Assembly (NCBI GenBank): GCA_035527715.1
Contig: DATKZY010000144.1
Span: 4,444-68,443 of the forward strand
DNA from: Planctomycetota bacterium
GTDB lineage: Bacteria; Planctomycetota; PUPC01; DSUN01
Length of the DNA: 64,000 bases
Direction: 5' to 3'
In this document: piece by piece, positions 18,935-26,093 of the stretch
Layout: every line of letters starts with the position of its first letter
How positions within the stretch are numbered: the stretch's first letter is position 1
Notes under the pieces: generated by a model
What the model was told of the DNA's origin: nothing
Databases searched by the model: none
The model's input: only the letters and a program-made list of their open reading frames with translations
Program-made: the position numbers and the translations under genes

Positions 18935-20212
18935 ATGACAAGATCGGCGGGGTGGCCGTTGTGCATGGGGCTGATCCTCTCTGCGTCAGGGTGCGTGGCC
19001 ACGTTTCGCCCAAAGTGGGCGGAGCTGGAGAGGCCGACCCAGCCGCCCATCCTGCGACTCGGGGAGGTGAAGGAGTCCTTCACCGGAACCTGGGTGAGCG
19101 CCGGCAAACAGAGAAGCATCAGGAACGTGCTCTTGAGCGCGCTTGCGCAGCCCCAGGCCGCTGCCTTGTTCTCCGACGACCCGGGCAATCTGACCCTCAA
19201 CCTGGACATCGTGTTGGACGGCGAGGACGACGACCCCCAGTCGTTCGAGATCTGCGGCAAGTGCGTGCTCACGCTCGGGCTAATCCCCCTGACATGGCAC
19301 ACCGAGCACAACCTGCGGTGCGACGTCTCCATCAAGAGCCCCGACGACTTCGTGGTTGCGAAGTACCGAACCCATGTGACAGGCTCAAACGACGTCCTCT
19401 TCCTGCCTCCCACGATGGTCACGATGCTCGGGGGCCCGGTCGGGGGAAGGATTGCCATCGCGAGCATCTTCCGGAGGATGGCCCGCAGTGTCGTTGCCGA
19501 CATCATGAAGAGGGTGACGACCGACTATCCGCGGCTGGCCGAGGTGAAGCAGTCGAGAGCCGTGGCTGCGGGGCAGGCGCCGCTGAGCGTGGTGATTGGG
19601 GATACGCCGTACTGGGTGGTCTACAATATCTCGGCGGCGGGGCCGAAGTGGGAGTACGCCCTGGAGCTTCACCGCAGCCGTCCGCAACCGGGGACGGCGC
19701 CGCTGCGAAGTCTGCTCGTCGGCACGCGAAGCGGGGAAGCCGCCTCGGCCTGGCAGTGGCGCGAGCCGAAGAGCGTCATCGTGTTCGCTCAGGGGCGCCT
19801 GTGGTATCCCGCATGGCGGACCGAGGGGCCGGCCGAGAAGCTGGCCGCCGTCGAGTTCAAGGAGCGAGCTGTGCCCGCGAAGGAGCTCTTTCAGCCTGGC
19901 TCGCTGGGCGGCCTGTCGGCCAGCGAATGGAACGACCTCCTGGTCGCCTGGAAGAACAGGGAACTCGTCGCCCTCCTTCGCGAGGCGTCCACGGCGGACC
20001 TCACGGGCCACGTCAGCCAGATCGAGCAGCTCGTGCTGCGGGCCAACGAGATGGCCGAGCGGGAGAAGGACGAAGCGCAGAAGCTCATCGCGGCAGGCAA
20101 GCCGGGCAGCGAACTCCACGCCGAGGCCGCGCGGGCCTACGCCGCCCGCATCGAGATCCTCAAGCCCGTCCTCGCCGCGATCAAGGCCGAGGTGGCCAAC
20201 CGCCAGAAGTGA
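18935..20212 (+). CDS. Lipoprotein, uncharacterized family; paralog 4
   Basis: AGGAGGG 7 nt upstream of ATG 18935. Lipobox LSASGCV. Same conserved blocks. The track ORF 18572..20212 is over-extended. Confidence 0.8.
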   Translation: MTRSAGWPLCMGLILSASGCVATFRPKWAELERPTQPPILRLGEVKESFTGTWVSAGKQRSIRNVLLSALAQPQAAALFSDDPGNLTLNLDIVLDGEDDDPQSFEICGKCVLTLGLIPLTWHTEHNLRCDVSIKSPDDFVVAKYRTHVTGSNDVLFLPPTMVTMLGGPVGGRIAIASIFRRMARSVVADIMKRVTTDYPRLAEVKQSRAVAAGQAPLSVVIGDTPYWVVYNISAAGPKWEYALELHRSRPQPGTAPLRSLLVGTRSGEAASAWQWREPKSVIVFAQGRLWYPAWRTEGPAEKLAAVEFKERAVPAKELFQPGSLGGLSASEWNDLLVAWKNRELVALLREASTADLTGHVSQIEQLVLRANEMAEREKDEAQKLIAAGKPGSELHAEAARAYAARIEILKPVLAAIKAEVANRQK

Positions 20213-20230
20213 GCCGCCCGGCCCCCGGCC

Positions 20231-21280
20231 TCACTTGCCGAGAGGCGAGACCAGGAAGTACTTCCCGACCCCCGAGGTGTCGAAGAAATCGCCTGGGGTG
20301 ATGTCAATGGGGCCGAGCCTGTTCCCCTCCAGCTTCAACCCGGTGGCGGTAGCCACGGCGATCGCCGCCTTCTCGGAACAGACCGCTTTGTCGCCCAAGA
20401 GCCCGAAGCCGGGCTTCTTTTGCAGTGCGGCCTCCCTGGCGACGCCCCAGAGCTTCTTGCCGTCCACAGGGGCCTGCGGCCTGGCCACGTAGATCCCGCG
20501 GCCCTGGTACTGCTTCACGAGCTGCTTCTCGTCCAGGATGCGGCTGCCAACCTTGGGGGTGTGGTCCAGGAACAGGAGCCGGCCATTGGCCTCCTTCACG
20601 AACGTTAGCGCATGCGCCGCAGGCGATTTCTCCCTGGAGAGCGCCCGGAACACGTTACCCTTGCACAGATCGTCCAGGACCCGGTAGAAGCGGTCCGCTG
20701 CGGGGAGAGCCTTGCTTCCGGCACTGCTGGTGTCGGGCGTGAAGAGCAGAATGTCCCCCGGCAACAGGTCCTTCAGCTCCTTGGGGCGATGGGCTGGCGC
20801 CGGCTCCCGGCCCTCCTCGATGGCCGCAACGACCTCCTGGCGCCACTCCTTGTGCCGCCCCGCTGCCTCGCGCACTGCTGCCTCTTGCTTGCGCAGCCAC
20901 GGGCCAGCCGAGGTCGTCAACTCATGCTGCTCGCGCCACTTCGCCCCCTCACCCTCAACGTCCTGATTGAACTGGCGCGCCGCCTCGACATACTTAGTCT
21001 TGGCCGCCTCGAGCGCGGCCAGCTCGCGGCGCGCGGCCGCTTCCTCGGGGGAGCCTTCGACCACCCCGCCGCCGTACTTGGCGGCGAACGCCTTGTTCCT
21101 CTTGACCAGATCGCTGAGCTCCTGCCGCAGCTCCGCTTGACGCCGGGCCAGCGCGGCGCGCACCTCCTGGGGCAGCTCGTCCGGGATCGGCTCGAGCGCG
21201 GGCACCCCGGCATGCAGCCAGCCGGCAAGAGCGACGCCGAGCGCCAGGCATTGGAGCGACTTTCGTACTCTCAGGTTCAC
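20231..21280 (-). CDS. Secreted protein with an N-terminal coiled-coil region and a C-terminal domain that may be a permuted papain-like (NlpC/P60-type; His before Cys) hydrolase
   Basis: GTG start at 21278-21280 with AAGGAGG 6 nt upstream. Signal peptide NLRVRKSLQCLALGVALAGWLHAG. C-terminal GDILLF...AHALTF...GDKAVCSEKAAIAV suggests a His...Cys permuted arrangement. Domain call is low confidence. Confidence 0.55.
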   Translation of the reverse strand: MNLRVRKSLQCLALGVALAGWLHAGVPALEPIPDELPQEVRAALARRQAELRQELSDLVKRNKAFAAKYGGGVVEGSPEEAAARRELAALEAAKTKYVEAARQFNQDVEGEGAKWREQHELTTSAGPWLRKQEAAVREAAGRHKEWRQEVVAAIEEGREPAPAHRPKELKDLLPGDILLFTPDTSSAGSKALPAADRFYRVLDDLCKGNVFRALSREKSPAAHALTFVKEANGRLLFLDHTPKVGSRILDEKQLVKQYQGRGIYVARPQAPVDGKKLWGVAREAALQKKPGFGLLGDKAVCSEKAAIAVATATGLKLEGNRLGPIDITPGDFFDTSGVGKYFLVSPLGK

Positions 21281-21294
21281 GGCTGCCTCCTTTC

Positions 21295-22992
21295 TCACCG
21301 TGTAGAGTCGCGAGACCCCGGCGACGGCTTCGGCGAGGGCGGCGGAACGGGTTCCTTCTTGCTCTTCTCAGGCTCCTCGGTGAAATCCGGCGGGGTGAGC
21401 TTGATTAGGCGCTCCTTGATGTTGACCTTCGCCGTGTCGGCCTCCGACTTCGCGGCGTTCATCTGATTCATGACCTCCGCTCTCTCCACCTGAAGCTTGC
21501 CAACATTGCCTTCGTTGTTGGTGAGCTTCTCCTTGATGACCTCCAGTTTGCTCTCAAGCTTGCGGTATTTCTCCTCCGCGGCTTTCTTCTCCCCCGTGAG
21601 GCGCACGATCTCCGGATCCTCTCGGAAGCGTTTGGGCACCGAGACATCGCTGGACTCTATGGGATGCCCCGTCACGACCGGAACCGGGGCTGCCCCCTGC
21701 GATGTCCCGCGCTCGCCAGTCGAATCGAACCCGAGTTGCGCTCTGTCGCTGGCGCTTGCGCCCGAGGGGGCCAGCCAGCCCTGCTTGCTAGATCTCCTTA
21801 CGCCATCGAGCTGCTCACGAACGTTCCCATACTGGGGGGTGCCAGGACGGTCTGCCCGCGGGGCCGTCCCGGCTTCGCCGCGGCGCACGGAGCCCTTCCC
21901 AAACGGGGAAGTCGCTTCGCCGCTGCGCGTGTCGGCTGCCACCCCCCCCGACCGGCCGTCGGCTGGGGGCGTGCGGCGCCGCGGTTCGGGCAGTTCTGCG
22001 GCGGACGCCGTCGGAGTCGGAAGGCCGAACGGGAGCTTGGCGACGCCCTTCTCCAGGGCGGCCAGGCCCGATTCCGCCGCATCGCCCGCCTCGTCGAGGG
22101 CGCGCGAGCCGAGCGCCTTGAGCTTCGCTCCGAGGGCCTCGCTGTCCGTCGCCGTGAGCAGCTCGCGCACGATCTCGCCGCCAGGCCCGTCGCCCGCGCC
22201 TGCCTCGCCGAGGGCGGCCCGCGAGAAGCCGTAGTTCTCGGTGGCGAAGGCATCGGTCGCCGCGGCTCGTTGCTCCTGGGCCTCGAGGAAGGCCGGGTCC
22301 AGGCGCCCGGTCAGGATGCCAACCTCGATGGCGACTGCCGGCGGCAGGTCGTAGGCATAGCCGCCGAGGCGGAGCAGGGATTCGAGCCGCTGCTGGGGCG
22401 TGGGCTCGGGGCGGAGGTCTACCACCGAGCTGTCCACGAACGGCTCGGAGCCGCCGAGGCCGAAGAACGAGGTGCCTCCGGGCACAGGGTCGGGGCGGAG
22501 GTCTACCACCGAGCTGTCCACGAAGACGTCGAAGACCCCGGCGAGGCGCTGGCTGATCTCGGCGTCGCGGCGGTCCCAGTCCGCGCGGAGATGGGCGGCG
22601 AGGCGGATGCGCGCGCGGCGAAGCTGCTCCTGGCGCTGGCGCTCGCGCTCCCGTGCGAGGGCCTCCTGTCGGCGCCGCTCGGCAGCGAGGGCGGCCGCCC
22701 GCTGTTGCTGCTCCGCCATGCGCTGGAAGAACCCGTCGATCAGCCCGCTCACCGCGTTGCCGAGCGCCTCGCCGCCGCCGGAGCCTCCGGAGCTGCGGCG
22801 GCTGCCGCCGGAGGACCCCAGGCCCAGCCCGTAGTATCGGCACGACGAGTAGTGCCAAGGGTGATAGCTCGGGTGGCCGCAGATGCCGCACCCGTAGCTC
22901 GCGGCAGAGGCCGCCTCCGGCCATAGCATCGCGAGCACCGCCAACAGGGTGAGCGCAAGAACCGGGCAGCGGAAGAAGGGCAGTTTATTCAC
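21295..22992 (-). CDS. Secreted Cys-rich, Gly/Ser-rich and coiled-coil protein with an internal tandem repeat; hypothetical
   Basis: GTG start (track). Signal peptide. N-terminal SYGCGICGHPSYHPWHYSSCRYYG. Long Arg/Glu/Gln-rich helices. Stop lies 14 nt upstream of the next gene start. Confidence 0.6.
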   Translation of the reverse strand: MNKLPFFRCPVLALTLLAVLAMLWPEAASAASYGCGICGHPSYHPWHYSSCRYYGLGLGSSGGSRRSSGGSGGGEALGNAVSGLIDGFFQRMAEQQQRAAALAAERRRQEALARERERQRQEQLRRARIRLAAHLRADWDRRDAEISQRLAGVFDVFVDSSVVDLRPDPVPGGTSFFGLGGSEPFVDSSVVDLRPEPTPQQRLESLLRLGGYAYDLPPAVAIEVGILTGRLDPAFLEAQEQRAAATDAFATENYGFSRAALGEAGAGDGPGGEIVRELLTATDSEALGAKLKALGSRALDEAGDAAESGLAALEKGVAKLPFGLPTPTASAAELPEPRRRTPPADGRSGGVAADTRSGEATSPFGKGSVRRGEAGTAPRADRPGTPQYGNVREQLDGVRRSSKQGWLAPSGASASDRAQLGFDSTGERGTSQGAAPVPVVTGHPIESSDVSVPKRFREDPEIVRLTGEKKAAEEKYRKLESKLEVIKEKLTNNEGNVGKLQVERAEVMNQMNAAKSEADTAKVNIKERLIKLTPPDFTEEPEKSKKEPVPPPSPKPSPGSRDSTR

Positions 22993-24706
22993 GACGGTTC
23001 TTCACCTCCTCAAGCTCCTTGGCGAGCTCTTGTGCCATCTGGGGGTCGAGCTCGACGGCGCGGTCCAGGTGCTGCGCGGCCGACCTGTAGCGCCGGAGGG
23101 CGAGGAAGGCTCGGCCCAGGGTGGCGTGGGCCTCGGCGTCGTTGGGGGCCGTGGCCAGCGCGCGCGCGAGGGCCTGGATGGCCTCCTCGTGCCTGCCCGC
23201 GCGCTGGAGCACGTGGCCGAGGGTCGCGTGCGTCCACGCCCAGTCGGGGGCGGCCTTCGCTGCCTTGGCGCAGTCGGCGAGCGCCGCCGACTTGTTGCCC
23301 ATCTGCGCGTAGGCGCGGGCGCGCACGAGGAGCGCCATCGCGTCGTCGGCCTCGATCGCGAGCGCCCGGTCGCAATCGCGCACGGCCTCGGCCGACCGGT
23401 TCTGGCCGAGGAGCAGGCGGGCCCGCAGGGTGTAGACGAACGGCGTCTTGGGCGCGAGGGCGATGGCCTGGGTGACATCGGCCAGGGCGGCCTCAGGGTT
23501 CCGCTTCCGGTTGTGGAACGCGGCGCGCTCGGTGAACGAGCGCCAGTCCTTGGGGTCGGCCTCGACCGCCTTGTTCAGCGCCTCGAGGGCCTCGCGGTCC
23601 TGCCCGAGCGCCTGGTGTGCCCGGCTGAGGAGGCGGCATGCTTCCGCCTCCTTCGGGCTGGCGTCGAGCACGCGGCGCGCGTGCTCGAGCAGGGCGCTCC
23701 AGGCCCCCCGCGCCTCGTCCACCCGCGCGAGCACGAGGAAGACCTGAGGGTCCTTCGAGCCGAGGGAGAGCGCCACCTGGCCGTCCTCGGCGGCCAGGGC
23801 CACCTCGCCCAGCCGCTCGCGGGCCACGGCGCGAAGCACATATGCCTCAGCGAGTGTCGGCCGCAACTGGATGGCGCGCCCGAGGTCCTCGACGGCCCCG
23901 TGAAGCTCGCCCCGGTCCGTCCGCAGCCGCGCGCGGGCCAGATGGGCCTCCGCCAACTCCGGGTTGCGTTCGATGGCGAGGGTGAAGTCGCGAAGCGCTT
24001 CGGCGGCGGCCCCTTTGCGGGCGAGGGCCTGGCCGCGGTTGAGGAGGGCGAGGGCGCTCTTCGGCTCGGCCTTGAGCGCCTGGGTGAAGCGCTCGACCGC
24101 CTGGTCCCACTCCCCGCGCTCGCGGTGGGCGATGCCCTGGAGCAGGACGGCTTCGGCGAGCTCCGGGCGCTTCGCAGCAGCCGCGGCCGCATCCTTCCCC
24201 ACGGCCTCCCAGTCCCCGCGGAAGGCGTGGATCCACGCACGCTCCAACAGGGATTCGGGCGAGCCCTGACTCGCCTCGACCGCGCCGGTGGCATCGGCGA
24301 GCGCTGCGTCGGGGCGGCCGAGCAGCCGGTGCGCGCGCGCCCGCAGAAGCAACAGGTCGGCCCGCCGCGGCGCCGCGGCCACGCCATCCGTTGCGTCGGC
24401 CACCACCTCGGCCCAGCGGCCCTGGCCGGCCAGCAGTTCGGCCCTGGCGAGCCGATGGTCGGCGTTGAACGGCTCCAGGCGGACCGCCTCCGACGCGTCG
24501 GCGAGGGCGCCGACCGCATCGTGCATCTGCACCCGCAGCCTTGAGCGCGCGAGCCAGAGGTCGGCGCGTTTCGGATCCGCCTTGAGTTGCTGGGTCAGCT
24601 CGGCGAGCTTCTTCGAGCCGGCCTCGGGGCCGGCCGGCGTTTCGGCGGCACGCACGGCGCCTGCCGCGAGAAGGGCCAGGTACAGCGCGCCAGCGGCCAC
24701 GGGCAT
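22985..24706 (-). CDS. Secreted tetratricopeptide-repeat (TPR) protein
   Basis: Start at MPVAAGALYLALLAAGAVRAAE (signal peptide). Many Ala/Leu-rich 34-residue TPR-like units (AEA..LARA....G....A..D...A..L.P). Overlaps the downstream gene start by 8 nt. Confidence 0.7.
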   Translation of the reverse strand: MPVAAGALYLALLAAGAVRAAETPAGPEAGSKKLAELTQQLKADPKRADLWLARSRLRVQMHDAVGALADASEAVRLEPFNADHRLARAELLAGQGRWAEVVADATDGVAAAPRRADLLLLRARAHRLLGRPDAALADATGAVEASQGSPESLLERAWIHAFRGDWEAVGKDAAAAAAKRPELAEAVLLQGIAHRERGEWDQAVERFTQALKAEPKSALALLNRGQALARKGAAAEALRDFTLAIERNPELAEAHLARARLRTDRGELHGAVEDLGRAIQLRPTLAEAYVLRAVARERLGEVALAAEDGQVALSLGSKDPQVFLVLARVDEARGAWSALLEHARRVLDASPKEAEACRLLSRAHQALGQDREALEALNKAVEADPKDWRSFTERAAFHNRKRNPEAALADVTQAIALAPKTPFVYTLRARLLLGQNRSAEAVRDCDRALAIEADDAMALLVRARAYAQMGNKSAALADCAKAAKAAPDWAWTHATLGHVLQRAGRHEEAIQALARALATAPNDAEAHATLGRAFLALRRYRSAAQHLDRAVELDPQMAQELAKELEEVKNRRE

Positions 24707-24926
24707 CCCTCGCAATTCACGTCCAGGTTGCAGCATGCCGGTTTGTGCCTCCAAAGACTCCCTGGCGGGGCCCGATGCGGCCTCCCCAATGGGTAGTATA
24801 GCGCACCAAGCAGGGATTGCAAGACAATAGCAGCGGCAGGTCGCACGCGAGCCCCCACTTGCCGTTGCCGCCGCCGGCGGCTATCATTGGGATGGCAGGC
24901 GGAGCCGTGTGCGGAAGGAGCACAGG

Positions 24927-26093
24927 ATGACCCGGCGGGAAGCAGTGAAGTCCCTCGCCATCGGCACTCTCGCGGCCGCGACGCCGACGCTCGGCGGCAG
25001 CCGCCGCGACGACGTGGCGCGCCGCGTCCAGAGCCGCTCCTTCCCCTCCGTCTTCCAGGCGTGGAACAAGGCCGACAACCTGGCGGACGAGCCGGAACTC
25101 GTGACGGCGGCCCGCCACGACCTGATCTTCCATGCCCCCGAGTTCTTCGGCCTGCGGTGGGATGGCGCTTCCCGCGGGCTCGCCACCCGCTTCCGGCCTG
25201 AGACGCTCGAGCCGGCCCGCGAGAAGCGGCGGGAGCTTCTCGAGCGCAACCCGAACCTTGTCCTCCTCGCCGAAATCCGCTATCGTGATGCCCCCGCGAG
25301 CTGGCTGCCCCAGGACCACCCCTGGTGGCGCCGCAAGGAGGGCAAAGTCGTGCCCGGCTGGGACGAGGGGCGCTTCCTCCAACTCGACTTCTCGAACCCC
25401 GAGTACCGCGCCCACGTGGCGAGCCGCGCCAGGGCCGCCGTGGAGACGGGTGTGCTCGACGGCGTGATGCTCGATTGGTGGGGCGACGACGACGACCGCC
25501 TGGCGCTCGCCAAAGCCGTCCGCGCGGCCATCGGCGACGACGCCCTGCTCCTCGCCAACGCCAACGACCGCACGACCCCCCGCACCGCCCCGTTCCTCAA
25601 CGGCTACTTCATGGAGTGCACCCGCTCCCGCACGGCGAAGGACTGGGAGCACATCGCCGCCACCCTGTCGTGGGCGGAGGCCAATCTCCGCGAGCCGCGC
25701 GTCAACTGCCTGGAAACCTGGTTCCACAAGTCCCGCCAGGACCTTCACCTGATGCGGGCCACCACGGCCCTCGCCCTCACGCACTCGAACGGCTACTGCC
25801 TGTTCTCCGACCCCAATCCGCTGCCGACCCCCGACCACCTGCACGACTGGTATGCCTTCTGGGACAAGGGCCTCGGCAAGCCCAAGAGCCCCGGCCGGAA
25901 GCGCGACGATGGCTCGTTCCTTCGCGAGTTCGACCGCGGCTTCGCCCTCTACAACCCCATGGGCAACCGCGAGGTAACCATCGAGCTCGCCGAGGACCTC
26001 CTCAGCCGAGCCACCGGCAAGAAGGGGAAGACGCATTCCGTTCCCGCCCTCGACGGCGACATCCTCCTGCGGAGCCAGGGCAGTGGCCAGTAA
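24927..26093 (+). CDS. TAT-signal secreted hypothetical protein, possibly a glycoside-hydrolase-like TIM-barrel (GH114-like)
   Basis: GGAAGGAG 6 nt upstream of ATG. Twin-arginine motif MTRREAVKSLAIGTLAAATP. Functional call is weak. Confidence 0.5.
   Translation: MTRREAVKSLAIGTLAAATPTLGGSRRDDVARRVQSRSFPSVFQAWNKADNLADEPELVTAARHDLIFHAPEFFGLRWDGASRGLATRFRPETLEPAREKRRELLERNPNLVLLAEIRYRDAPASWLPQDHPWWRRKEGKVVPGWDEGRFLQLDFSNPEYRAHVASRARAAVETGVLDGVMLDWWGDDDDRLALAKAVRAAIGDDALLLANANDRTTPRTAPFLNGYFMECTRSRTAKDWEHIAATLSWAEANLREPRVNCLETWFHKSRQDLHLMRATTALALTHSNGYCLFSDPNPLPTPDHLHDWYAFWDKGLGKPKSPGRKRDDGSFLREFDRGFALYNPMGNREVTIELAEDLLSRATGKKGKTHSVPALDGDILLRSQGSGQ

Noticed and set aside
14749-19013. Three long minus-strand ORFs (14749..16080, 16011..17369, 17496..19013) antisense to the lipoprotein array
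   Set aside because: Each mirrors a plus-strand lipoprotein gene that has an RBS, a lipobox and conserved blocks. The antisense translations are low-complexity.
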